Shown here: in pieces, positions 9,939-19,500 of the stretch
How the letters are laid out: each line of letters starts with the position of its first letter
Numbering within the stretch: position 1 is the stretch's first letter
Assembly (NCBI RefSeq): GCF_001735745.1
Contig: NZ_CP017260.1
Span: 270,001 to 302,000 of the forward strand
Source of the DNA: Formosa sp. Hel1_33_131
GTDB taxonomy: Bacteria > Bacteroidota > Bacteroidia > Flavobacteriales > Flavobacteriaceae
Length of the DNA stretch: 32,000 nt
Direction: 5' to 3'
The notes under the pieces: model-generated
What the model was told of the DNA's origin: nothing
What the model saw: the letters and a program-made list of their open reading frames with translations, nothing else
Databases searched by the model: none
Translations under genes and position numbers: made by a program

Positions 9939-10625
9939 TCATCTGTAGGATTCATTTGTCCTTTCAATTCCCCTTTTTGATTCCCCTTTTTGATTCCATA
10001 TTGAAGATCTACCTGCCGATTCAGAACCTCCAGAGATTCCTACAAAATTGGACATTAAAACTATTATTTTATGTTTTTTAGCCAAGCTTGATAAAATATT
10101 TAGTTTTTTATTGATCCCAGACACATTAGTCATCACTGCGGCAACATAAATAGTCGCTGATTGAGAAATCGCAGCATCACAATGTTCAGAAACTGAAGAT
10201 TCATAACATATCGCTGGTGCTATTTTATGGTTATCAATTTGGATAAAACACGGTTTTTTTCCATTCTCAAAATACTGCTCTTCACCTTGATATAAATATT
10301 GCTTAGAGTAAGTCATTCGTTCTTTATTGGGTTGAAATAGGATCATACTGACTAAAGGTTTTGAAATTCCTGCAGTTGGAACTCCAAATCCAATGGTAAT
10401 ATTATTTAAGTCGCTCACCTTTTGAAAGACATCAAACCGTTTGTCTTTTTGAGTTGTCGCCAATGATTTCGCTAATTCAGGTTCATAACCTGTAATTGAA
10501 AGCTCCGGAAAAAACACCGCAGAAACTTTCTCTGTAGTGGCCAATTCTATGAGTTCTAAATGAGCCGTTATATTTTTCTCAACACCTCCTTTGAATGGTT
10601 TGATTTGTGCAACACTAATTTTCAT
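9939..10625 (-). CDS. Carbon-nitrogen hydrolase (nitrilase superfamily) protein, 3' end frameshifted by a 13-bp tandem duplication
   Basis: 228 aa with the Glu-Lys-Cys triad context (FFPELSITGY ; APAICYES). The tail ESKRGIERTNESYR is out of frame. Removing one 13-bp unit restores ..IWNQKGELKGQMNPTDEELLIYDTDTDCAIKKSIEPK with a stop at 9875-9877. Confidence 0.8.
   Translation of the reverse strand: MKISVAQIKPFKGGVEKNITAHLELIELATTEKVSAVFFPELSITGYEPELAKSLATTQKDKRFDVFQKVSDLNNITIGFGVPTAGISKPLVSMILFQPNKERMTYSKQYLYQGEEQYFENGKKPCFIQIDNHKIAPAICYESSVSEHCDAAISQSATIYVAAVMTNVSGINKKLNILSSLAKKHKIIVLMSNFVGISGGSESAGRSSIWNQKGESKRGIERTNESYR
9967..9992. repeat. Perfect tandem duplication of a 13-bp unit (ATTCCCCTTTTTG x2, followed by partial ATTCC)
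   Basis: 9967-9979 and 9980-9992 are identical. The unit length is not a multiple of 3. Confidence 0.95.
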
Positions 10626-10680
10626 GGGTGTAGAGCGTTTGGGACGTTAATACACCTGCAATTTATAAAAAATAATTCAC

Positions 10681-10717
10681 AAAAAAAATCCAGAGCGAAT
10701 GCTCTGGATTTTTTTAT
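10681..10717 (-). terminator. Rho-independent terminator downstream of sucC
   Basis: TCCAGAGC-GAAT-GCTCTGGA (10689-10708) is flanked by an A8 run and a T-run. On the minus strand the stem is followed by T8. Confidence 0.75.
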
Positions 10718-10752
10718 ATCTATAAACTCTGTTTAGAGTCTGTAATGTCTAT

Positions 10753-11943
10753 TTAAGCTAAAACAGCTTGTACTTTGTCAGCAGCTTCTTGAAATTCAAC
10801 AGCACTTTGAACATCCAGTCCGGAGTTGTCAATTAATTTTTTGGCGATATCCGCATTGGTTCCTTGTAAGCGTACAATGATTGGCACATTGATAGTTCCC
10901 ATGTTTTTATAAGCGTCAATCACTCCTTGAGCCACACGGTCACAACGCACAATTCCTCCAAAAATATTAATCAAAATGGCTTTTACTTCTGGATCTTTTA
11001 AGATAATCTGAAAAGCGGCTTCTACACGTGCAGCATCTGCCGTACCACCAACATCTAAAAAGTTAGCTGGCTCACCTCCTGCTTGTTTGATTAAATCCAT
11101 CGTCGCCATTGCCAAACCTGCACCGTTTACCATACAGCCAACGTTGCCTTCTAAATCTACATAATTAAGACCTAAAGCACCTGCTTCAACTTCAATAGGA
11201 TTTTCTTCGCGAATGTCTCTTAATTCTAAATAATCTTTATGTCTGAATAAAGCATTGTCGTCAATGGTTACTTTGGCATCGACTGCTAATATTTTATTAT
11301 CACTTGTTTTTAATACTGGGTTGATTTCAAATAACGATGCATCCGATTTGTCATAAGCCGTATATAAAGCTGTTACAAATTTAGTCATGTCCTTAAATGC
11401 AGCCCCTGATAAACCAAGGTTGAAAGCTACACGACGCGCTTGGAATGGTAACATTCCAGTTGCAGGATCAATTTCTTCTGTAAAAATTAAATGTGGTGTT
11501 TCTTCAGCAACGGTTTCGATATCCATTCCACCTTCCGTAGAATACATAATCATATTTCTTCCTGTCGTTCGGTTCAAAAGAACTGAGACATAAAATTCAC
11601 TCGTTTCCGTCTCACCAGGATAATATACATCTTCAGCTACCAATACTTGGTGTACTTTTTTGCCTTCGGCAGAGGTTTGAGGCGTCACTAATTGCATGCC
11701 GATAATTTGATCTGCAATCGATTCTACTTCACCTAGATTTTTAGCAAGTTTAACCCCACCACCTTTACCACGACCACCTGCGTGTACTTGGGCTTTTAGG
11801 ACGTGCCAGCCTGTACCAGTTTCTTCGGTCAGTTTTTTGGCAGCAGCAACCGCTTCTTGAGGCGTATTTACGACGATTCCCTTTTGGATTTTTACGCCAA
11901 AAGTGCTTAATATTTCTTTTCCTTGGTATTCGTGTAAGTTCAT
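10753..11943 (-). CDS. sucC: Succinate-CoA ligase (ADP-forming) beta subunit
   Basis: 396 aa with MNLHEYQGKEIL.. N-terminus, ATP-grasp region and C-terminal CoA-ligase domain (GGIVRCD, RLQGTN). Confidence 0.95.
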   Translation of the reverse strand: MNLHEYQGKEILSTFGVKIQKGIVVNTPQEAVAAAKKLTEETGTGWHVLKAQVHAGGRGKGGGVKLAKNLGEVESIADQIIGMQLVTPQTSAEGKKVHQVLVAEDVYYPGETETSEFYVSVLLNRTTGRNMIMYSTEGGMDIETVAEETPHLIFTEEIDPATGMLPFQARRVAFNLGLSGAAFKDMTKFVTALYTAYDKSDASLFEINPVLKTSDNKILAVDAKVTIDDNALFRHKDYLELRDIREENPIEVEAGALGLNYVDLEGNVGCMVNGAGLAMATMDLIKQAGGEPANFLDVGGTADAARVEAAFQIILKDPEVKAILINIFGGIVRCDRVAQGVIDAYKNMGTINVPIIVRLQGTNADIAKKLIDNSGLDVQSAVEFQEAADKVQAVLA

Positions 11944-12079
11944 CTTTAAATAGATTTATTTTTTATTTCCTCATAGGAAGAAATATTTAAAAACTTTAGA
12001 GCCCAAAAGTAATTAACCTTATGCGTTTTACCAATAATTTTTAGAATTGATTTTGAGTTAATTCGTTTTTTATATCCAT

Positions 12080-12736
12080 CTAATATTTCAACCCTTTTAT
12101 GACTGAGAATGCTTTATCAACTAAATGGTCTTCAACGAGGATGGTGAACTCATTTGTGGTTGAAATGACTTCGTATAAAGTGACATTTTCCCAAGCCAGC
12201 CGCTTAAATATTTGATAGTACAATCCAACAATTTTAGAATTACCTTGTGGTAAGTTAATGCTTATGGCCGATAAATTATCTTGCAAGCCAATGAGTGTTT
12301 CATTTTTAAAGACCTCAAAAATGCTCTCTTTTTCTGAGGTGGAACTCATAATATTACTTTCAAAAATTCCACGGGTGAACGCATAAAATATTTGATGTTT
12401 CGTATTGATTTTTTCTAATACTTTTGAATGGCTGTTGATTAATGTCTTGGAATTCTGAAATGTAAAATCACTTAAATTGGAGCGCACAGTGATATCGCCT
12501 AAGTTTTTAAATACATTTTTTAAGCGTACTGTATCTTCAGTATTAATAGGTTGATCATAGCGTCTTAATGCCATCATAATGGCACCATCTTTTACAGGTC
12601 TGCGTAACATCTCAGAAATAGTGGTATTTAAATCTTTTGCTAAGGCTGAAAAATTTATAATCTCACGGGTGAGTGCTTCTTCCAAAAAAGGTCTGGACAC
12701 TAAAATCTCTTGAACACAGGAAGCGATTGTTTTCAA
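12080..12736 (-). CDS. ACT-domain-containing protein (aspartokinase-like regulatory domain), function unknown
   Basis: 218 aa. The C-terminal part (LSAISINL..IVGLYYQIFKRLAWENVTLYEVISTTNEFTILVEDHLVDKAFSVIKGL) resembles the ACT domains of aspartate kinases. It lies divergent from lysA. Confidence 0.45.
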   Translation of the reverse strand: MKTIASCVQEILVSRPFLEEALTREIINFSALAKDLNTTISEMLRRPVKDGAIMMALRRYDQPINTEDTVRLKNVFKNLGDITVRSNLSDFTFQNSKTLINSHSKVLEKINTKHQIFYAFTRGIFESNIMSSTSEKESIFEVFKNETLIGLQDNLSAISINLPQGNSKIVGLYYQIFKRLAWENVTLYEVISTTNEFTILVEDHLVDKAFSVIKGLKY

Positions 12737-12856
12737 TTTGTTTATTATTTAACATTTTGTGTAAAAATAGTATTATTTTTTTATTTTTATGGTACATCTA
12801 AGGATTAGATTTAGTTTTGACGTTTCAACTAGAATAAATATTAAAATTTAGAAACA

Positions 12857-14062
12857 ATGAATCAAGACACTTTATTACAGATTGCAAAAGACTATGGAAG
12901 CCCCGTTTACGTGTATGACGCACATAAAATGGAAACCCAATACAAACGGTTAACAGCAGCTTTTAGTAAAGTCAAACATTTGAAAGTTAATTATGCCGCC
13001 AAAGCATTGACCAATATTTCAGTTCTTAAATTTATCAACCACTTGGGTGCTGGATTGGACACGGTGTCAATTCAAGAAGTACAGTTAGGATTGCTGGCGG
13101 GTTTTCAAGCTGAAAATATTATATATACGCCCAACGGTGTTTCTTTGGAAGAGATTGAAAACGTAGCTAAATTGGGGGTTCAAATTAATATTGATAATCT
13201 TTCGATTTTAGAGCAATTTGGAACTAAACATCCAAAAGTCCCCGTATGTATTCGAATCAATCCACACATTATGGCGGGTGGTAATACCAATATTTCAGTC
13301 GGACATATTGATTCTAAATTTGGAATTTCCATTCACCAAACGCCTTTATTGTTGCGTATTGTTGAAAACACAAACATGACGATTAATGGGATTCACATGC
13401 ACACCGGAAGTGACATTTTGGATATTGATGTGTTTATACAAGCGAGTGAGATTTTATTTGACGTTGCGAGACAGTTTGACAATCTTGAATTTATTGATTT
13501 TGGATCTGGGTTTAAAGTGCCTTATAAAGAGAACGACATCGAAACTAATATTGAGGAATTAGGCGAAAAATTAACGGAGCGCTTTCAGACTTTTTGTAAG
13601 AACTATGGTAAGGATCTGACTTTAGCATTTGAACCTGGGAAATTTTTGGTGAGTGAATCTGGATACTTTTTAGCGAAAGTAAATGCCATCAAACAAACAA
13701 CCTCAACCGTTTTTGCACAAATAGATTCTGGATTTAACCATCTCATTCGTCCGATGCTTTATGGTGCTCAGCAGGATATTGTAAACATTTCAAACCCAGA
13801 GGGCAAACAACGCTTCTATTCTGTTGTAGGTTATATTTGTGAAACGGATACGTTTGCCAACAATCGACGTATCAATGAAATTACAGAAGGGGATGTTCTT
13901 GCCTTTAAGAATGCAGGAGCCTATTGTTTTATGATGGCGAGTAATTATAATTCACGTTACCGTCCTGCCGAGGTTTTATGGTATAATGAGACAGCTCATC
14001 TCATTCGAAAACGTGAGGTTTTTGAAGATTTAACTAGGAATCAGGTGCTGATAGAATTCTAG
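12857..14062 (+). CDS. lysA: Diaminopimelate decarboxylase
   Basis: 401 aa with YGSPVYVYD, the PLP-lysine context NYAAKALTN, HTGS and GAYCFMMASNYNSRYRPAEV. Confidence 0.93.
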   Translation: MNQDTLLQIAKDYGSPVYVYDAHKMETQYKRLTAAFSKVKHLKVNYAAKALTNISVLKFINHLGAGLDTVSIQEVQLGLLAGFQAENIIYTPNGVSLEEIENVAKLGVQINIDNLSILEQFGTKHPKVPVCIRINPHIMAGGNTNISVGHIDSKFGISIHQTPLLLRIVENTNMTINGIHMHTGSDILDIDVFIQASEILFDVARQFDNLEFIDFGSGFKVPYKENDIETNIEELGEKLTERFQTFCKNYGKDLTLAFEPGKFLVSESGYFLAKVNAIKQTTSTVFAQIDSGFNHLIRPMLYGAQQDIVNISNPEGKQRFYSVVGYICETDTFANNRRINEITEGDVLAFKNAGAYCFMMASNYNSRYRPAEVLWYNETAHLIRKREVFEDLTRNQVLIEF

Positions 14063-14171
14063 ATATGAGCGTTTTATGAAATATATTATAATAATAAAAA
14101 TCTTAATAAATTATTAAAAACTGTGCATAAGTGAAATATAATAGTACATTTGTAGTCTAAAAATTATACAA

Positions 14172-14363
14172 GTGAAAAACGGTACAGTAAAGTTCTTCAA
14201 TGCATCCAAAGGATTTGGGTTCATTACAGAAGATGATTCAAACACAGAGTACTTCGTACACGTAACTGGAATAATCGATGAGATTAATGAAGGTGACAAA
14301 GTTGAGTTTGAATTAAAAGAAGGTAGAAAAGGTATGAATGCAGTAAACGTTAGAATTCTCTAA
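14172..14363 (+). CDS. Cold-shock protein (CspA family), GTG start
   Basis: 63 aa with GTVKFFNASKGFGFI (RNP1) and FVHV (RNP2). Confidence 0.92.
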   Translation: MKNGTVKFFNASKGFGFITEDDSNTEYFVHVTGIIDEINEGDKVEFELKEGRKGMNAVNVRIL

Positions 14364-14389
14364 TTTTTACTTTTACATTATTTTTTTAC

Positions 14390-14420
14390 AAAAAGCCTGT
14401 CCATTCGGACAGGCTTTTTT
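14390..14420. terminator. Bidirectional rho-independent terminator between the convergent csp and dehydrogenase genes
   Basis: AAAAAGCCTGTCC-ATTC-GGACAGGCTTTTT is a perfect 13-bp stem including the A/T runs. Confidence 0.8.
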
Positions 14421-14424
14421 ATTT

Positions 14425-15630
14425 CTATTCGCTGCCGTCAACATACGCCTGGAGGTATGAAAATGCCGGCGTAAGTTGTCTGTTTTTAGTCATTCGAGAC
14501 CGTTCTAAAACCCCATAGGCATCCTTATTAAAAAAGCATGGGATGATGTCTTTTACAAAAATTTCTCCAAATCCTTCACTGGCATCTTTTGGCAATTCAC
14601 AGGGTAAATTATCTACTGCCATGACGGCAATCGCATTGGTATTTCTAAAATCGACTTCCGTTTCTGTTTGCGGATCATAGCCATAAATGGGACTTTCAAT
14701 GGTAGAGGGTCGGATGGTACAGGCCACAGGCCCATCGATATCACAACTGATGTCTGCCACAACTTTTAATTTAAAGGATTCTGCTTTGGCTTGATCCCGT
14801 GTGAAAAATGCAGGAGCTCCTTTTCCGTAAAAATGACCAGCTACAAATAGATCGGCTACGGATGTAAAGCGATCAAAGGTAGAGCGGTATGCTTCTGGGT
14901 GTTTAAATAAATCGGACTTCCCTAGATGCTGCCCATCTATACGTTCGCAATAGTCCAATACATCTAAAAGTACATAGACCGCTTCTGTAAAATCTTTATT
15001 TAAGAAATCGTCAACCGACACTTTTTTAATATTTAGATGGTCTAAAATTTCTTTAGCCCCCTGCCCTACACGTCCCGTTCCAGTCAAAATAATTTTAATA
15101 TTAGGAAGTGTGATTTGATCTAATTCTGTATTTAATGCCTGACGACCACTGAGTGTTGTCGCTTTTGGTAATTCAAATATAGTTTGTTTTAATCCTAAAG
15201 TTCGCATGCCATTATAAGCGCCTACAACCCCTGCATAATAGCCAAATCCAATCAGTCGGTGCTTGTTTTTATTAATCAGAGTTTCATGGTCATAAAGGGT
15301 GATGTTTTTATCTAAAATCGCGCGCAGCAACTCTCGATTGTAAGGTTGTTTTTTGATGGTATGACTGAAAAAAAAATAGCTTTTGTTTGGGATTAAGGCA
15401 TCGATCGGGACTTCTTTAACGCCTATCAATACATCTGCCTCACTGACATCTTTAACGACCTCTAAACCTACTTTGGTGTACTCTGCATCTGAAAAAATAC
15501 GAATGGGTGAAGTTTCAACCACTAACTTTGCAGATGGAAAGTCTGAAAGTAGTTTTTGACAGGATGTTGGGTCTAAAACTACACGTCTGTCTGGGGGCGA
15601 TTTTCGTTCTTGAATGATGGCAAATTTCAT
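14425..15630 (-). CDS. Lysine-ketoglutarate reductase / saccharopine dehydrogenase-like (alanine dehydrogenase/PNT family) NAD(P) oxidoreductase
   Basis: I place the start at MKFAIIQERK (ATG at 15630), giving 401 aa. Motifs: VKEVP...YFFFSHTIKKQPYNRELL (LKR-type) and the Rossmann GTGRVGQGA. The 65-codon extension in the ORF track overlaps the ssrA promoter and gene and is rejected. Confidence 0.7.
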   Translation of the reverse strand: MKFAIIQERKSPPDRRVVLDPTSCQKLLSDFPSAKLVVETSPIRIFSDAEYTKVGLEVVKDVSEADVLIGVKEVPIDALIPNKSYFFFSHTIKKQPYNRELLRAILDKNITLYDHETLINKNKHRLIGFGYYAGVVGAYNGMRTLGLKQTIFELPKATTLSGRQALNTELDQITLPNIKIILTGTGRVGQGAKEILDHLNIKKVSVDDFLNKDFTEAVYVLLDVLDYCERIDGQHLGKSDLFKHPEAYRSTFDRFTSVADLFVAGHFYGKGAPAFFTRDQAKAESFKLKVVADISCDIDGPVACTIRPSTIESPIYGYDPQTETEVDFRNTNAIAVMAVDNLPCELPKDASEGFGEIFVKDIIPCFFNKDAYGVLERSRMTKNRQLTPAFSYLQAYVDGSE

Positions 15631-15675
15631 AGGCAGATAAAAAATATTAAAAGATTTTTCACGAAAGTAAAAGGA

Positions 15676-15709
15676 TTTGAGCGGTTGCACAAGTTTTTTT
15701 GTAACTTTG
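15676..15709 (+). promoter_or_regulatory. Candidate ssrA promoter (TTTG, 22-nt spacer, TAACTTTG)
   Basis: TTTG at 15676-15679 and TAACTTTG at 15702-15709, about 28 nt upstream of the mature tmRNA 5' end (a leader that RNase P would remove). The spacer is slightly long and this is a motif match only. Confidence 0.3.
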
Positions 15710-15737
15710 CCTCCCCTCTTTGGGGGATTATAGTAAT

Positions 15738-16129
15738 GGGGTCGACTGGTATTGACAGCGAGATCTACTAAACTGTAAGCACGTCGTGTGATGATATTGA
15801 TACACGTAAAAGGCCATATCACCATTTAAACGGCGAGAATAACTACGCTTTAGCTGCTTAATCCGAATTATAGTAGGATGAGCCTAGTCCCGCAAGGCGG
15901 GAAAGCTAAATGTCTCCTGAAAGCCTTGGTTCACGGCGTTCAATTTTGAGACATCGTAAATGTCAACCTAGATTCTCTAAGGCTTTGGTAGGGATTCGAA
16001 ATTAAAAAAGCTAAGGAATAAGTGGGCCGTTTTTAGTCAGTTTATTTCCGACAATTAAATAAAAACTAAACGTGTAGAAAGCTTTTTATTAGCTTGTTTG
16101 GACCCGAGTTCGATTCTCGGCGACTCCAC
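15738..16129 (+). ncRNA. ssrA: tmRNA (transfer-messenger RNA, SsrA)
   Basis: The 5' end GGGGTCGACTGGTATTGACAGCGAG is typical of Bacteroidota tmRNA. The tag reading frame is at 15832-15861: GGC GAG AAT AAC TAC GCT TTA GCT GCT TAA = GENNYALAA*. The 3' end is GTAGAAAGC...GGACCCGAGTTCGATTCTCGGCGACTCCAC, with T-arm CCGAG/TTCGATT/CTCGG. The acceptor strand CGACTCC pairs with the 5' GGGGTCG. CCA is not fully encoded (ACT). Confidence 0.93.
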
Positions 16130-16290
16130 TTTGAAGCACAGCAAAGCTGTGAATAAACCCTTAAAAAAGCCCTGCAAATTTATTTGTAAGGGCTTTTGTA
16201 GGTTTAGACACCTGGGCTGAAAGCACAGTTTGCTGTATTTCCTAAAAGGGAGCTAAGAGAGAAACCGAAGGTTAATCTAGGCGACTCCAC
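16124..16290. repeat. 167-bp direct repeat, copy A (starts in the last 6 nt of ssrA, ends in a second copy of the tmRNA 3' end)
   Basis: Identical to 20703-20869 at 165/167 positions with no indels (differences at 16261 g/a and 16279 a/c). Confidence 0.95.
16164..16198 (+). terminator. Likely ssrA terminator hairpin (inside repeat copy A)
   Basis: AAAAAAGCCCT-(15-nt loop)-AGGGCTTTT. The AGCCCT/AGGGCT stem (16168-16173 / 16189-16194) is extended by the A/T runs. The U-tail is short. Confidence 0.45.
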
Positions 16291-16364
16291 TTTTTATTCC
16301 CAAGAATAATTTTTTATACTTGGGAGTAATTTTTTCTAAAAACAGCTAAATCAGACCTAAAAAA

Positions 16365-16391
16365 GTTCGACTTCACTCCCCTCTGCTCCAC
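16365..16391 (+). repeat. tmRNA-3'-end-like 27-mer, variant copy 1 (GTTCGA-N15-CTCCAC)
   Basis: GTTCGACTTCACTCCCCTCTGCTCCAC. It shares GTTCGA and CTCCAC with the genuine end (16108-16129) but has a 15-nt rather than 10-nt middle. Confidence 0.7.
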
Positions 16392-16573
16392 TTTTTATTC
16401 TCAAGAATAATTTTTTATTTTTGGTAATAATTATTTGATTATTTCAAGAAAATTAGTTCTTATTAAACTTTAAATTAAATCAACAATATCAAATTGTTAT
16501 AAAAATAGCACATAATTACAAAAAAATACCACCCTTGTAGAGTGGTATTTTAATAATTTAACTAGAGTTTCTT

Positions 16574-19500
16574 TTAAAACGCCCGTACAGCACGTACAGC
16601 TTTTGAATTATTAGTTGAGTGGTTTGCTCCAGGGCTATTAGAAGAAGTTCCAAAACCATTTGCCATATTAACAAAATATGCGTTACCGTAACCAGGTTGA
16701 GTGGAACTCCAATAATCATTACCGCCCCACATTGGAGAAATATTTGCTTTAGCTAAATAAATTAATTCTAACTCTCTAATAGTGGGTAAGCGCCAATCCA
16801 TAAATTTAGCGCCGTTAGTATCGTGTCTTGTGATATCATTTAAAAGATTATCAATTGGATACCATGTAGAGACACCTTGGTCTTGCATTGCGACCACCAA
16901 ACCGTGTTTTCCACCATCACGGACTTCAATTACAAACCCACCTAACTCTGCATAGAAAGTGTTGACACTATATACAGAATCTGAACCACTTGATGGAGTC
17001 GTCCATGTAGGAACTCCTGTTCCCGAGGATGTTAATACCTGCCCCGATGAACCTGCATTATTATTTGGCATAAGTGCACCATTGAATTTAATATTGCCTG
17101 CAACATCTAACTTTTCGGTTGGTGAATTAGTTCCTATTCCAACTTTACCATCATTCTTTATTATCATTTTAGTGTCTGATAATCCATAATCATTGGCGTT
17201 AGTATAGCTATTTAGTATAAAACGTAAATCCGTTCTACCCCAATTACTAATTCCTGATGCAACAATAGCCGTTTTATTAATACCACCTGCTCTCAACATA
17301 AGGTGAGCCTCATCACCCTCACCATACGCATTAATTAATGCTTTAGCATCACCTAAAGCAGCCTTTACATGTAAAAGTTGTGCAGGACTAACTGTCCCAA
17401 TACCAACATTTGTACCATCATCATAAATTGAGCTATTTCCTAGTACTGTTGAAGACCCATCGAATTTGGCTATCATATTACCAGTTCCTGAACCGCTAAC
17501 CCCTGCCGAAGAAGTTGTCCACGATAGTGCTCCAGAACCATCCGTTGTTAAAACCTGTCCGCTTGTACCGTCAGTGTTTGGAATTGTAATCTCTCCTGCA
17601 GTTATTGATCCACTTGTTTTTACATTCGTAACACTTGTATTACCCAATTGAACTGTATTATCGCCAGAGCCAATAGCACCTTTACCTATTACAGTTTCAT
17701 TATTTGCATTAGGTGAACTCACATTTGCATCAAGTCCAATCAAAGTGTTGTTTGTACCTGTTGTTATCGATTCTCCTGCTCTTTGTCCTAAACCAGTATT
17801 ATTGCTTCCTGTAGAAACGTTAAGCATTGTTTGATTTCCTATTGATGTATTAGCAATTCCTGTAGTTAATGAAAACATATTTTCGGCACCCAAAGCTGTA
17901 TTTCCACTACCTGTTGATAATGCTCTCATATTGTAGTATCCAATTGCAGTATTGTTATCAAACCCAGTTCCTGAGTAAGATTCGAGAGCTCTCGATCCTA
18001 TTGCAGTATTTCGCTTTCCTGTTCCCGAACCCATCGAAGATCCGATGGCTAAATTGTTATCGCCATCACCAGATCCTGTGCCAAAATATAAGCCATCAAC
18101 AGTAAGACTAGTCGTTATTGTTGTGTTGTCAGGCAATCCAACGGTGGTTGTAGAATCAGATGTAGAAACTTCAATTTCATTTACTGTTCCATTAATTGTT
18201 TCTGCCGAAGAAGTTGTCCACGAAAGTGTTCCAGAACCATCTGTTGTTAAAACTTGATTGGCATTACCAGTCGTATTCGGATAGGTGTTTCCACTAGCAA
18301 TTAATGTTGGAGTGGTTACCGTTCCTGTAAAGGTTGGTGAAGCAATATTAGCTTTTAAATCTATTGCCGTATTTTGGGTGGTTTGCTCGGCGGTAATCGC
18401 AGACAAAGAACTTGTTGTAGTACCACTCACAGCACGAATAGCACGAACAGCACTTGAAGAGTGCTTAGCGTTATCATTGACCTGACCTCCATTATTGAAA
18501 TTCTGTTTCCATGCGCGATTATTAGCAACTTCCGAAGAAGTCCAGTATACGGTAGCTGAAAATGGTGTAAATCCAGAGATTGCATCTAACGTTGGTTTTT
18601 TTATATACATCTCATTTAATTCGTCTTTTGAAGGAAAAAACCAGTCGGTATAACCTCCACCATTATATGCCCTTGCTAAACCTGCAGCATAACTCGTTTC
18701 CGTTTCACCTTGGGCGTTTATAATAGCCGTTGTATTGACTGCTCCAGTTCCTATCGCGGTACCTGTTGCTCCAGTTGTGATGTGAGTGCCATTGTACCAT
18801 CGAATCCCTGTACTCTGGTCTTCTATAGCACTAACTAAACCCTTAGTGTTATCTGTTGGGTCTATCCAAAATACAAATCCGCCCCCTACAAAATCACCAA
18901 TAGATAATGGCTGAGCTACTTGACCATTATTAATAATATCTGATAGAGCAGCAATTTCACTTGTATCTGCATCTGCACCTGCTGGACCGATTTGACCTTG
19001 AGCCCCTGTTGGACCTACCTGACCTACTGGACCTGAAACTGTTGAGTCCGCACCAGCTGGACCTTGAGCACCTTGATTTCCTGTTGGGCCGATTGGACCC
19101 GCTAGGCCTTGGGCTCCTTGATTTCCTTGAGCTCCTGCTGGACCGATTGGACCTGCCTGACCTACTGGACCTTGAACACCTTGAGCTCCTGCTGGACCGA
19201 TTGGACCTTGAGCGCCATCAGCACCATCTGCACCTGCTGGGCCTGGAGCACCTTGATTTCCTTGAGCTCCTGTTGGACCTATTGGACCTGCCTGACCTAC
19301 TGGACCTACTGGACCTACTGGACCTAGAACTGTTGAATCCGCGCCAACTGGACCTTGAACACCTTGATTTCCTTGAGCTCCTGTTGGACCTATTGGACCC
19401 TGAGCACCAGGAGCTCCTGCAGCACCTATACTTCCTGTTGGACCTATTGGACCCTGAGTACCAGTCTCGCCTTGTATTCCTTGGTCGCCTTGTACACCTT

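Noticed and set aside
9869-10081. 70-aa plus-strand ORF containing FPFLIPLF
   Set aside because: It is antisense to the C-N hydrolase 3' end. Its odd repeat is simply the 13-bp tandem duplication read in another frame.
12857-15630. lysA (lysine synthesis) lying two genes from a lysine-ketoglutarate-reductase-like gene (lysine catabolism) as a functional unit
   Set aside because: The genes are on opposite strands and separated by csp and a bidirectional terminator. Adjacency alone does not support co-regulation.
15631-15825. 65-codon N-terminal extension of ORF 14425-15825 given in the track
   Set aside because: It runs antisense across the ssrA promoter and the first ~90 nt of the tmRNA. 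The dehydrogenase family begins at MKFAIIQERK (ATG 15630).
16365-16391. Whether the GTTCGA-N15-CTCCAC copies (also at 20682 and 25075) are 3' halves of tRNA genes or pseudo-tRNAs
   Set aside because: No complementary T-stem or acceptor strand lies upstream, no cloverleaf can be drawn, and the spacing is 5 nt too long for a T-arm plus acceptor. They are treated as att-like repeats only.
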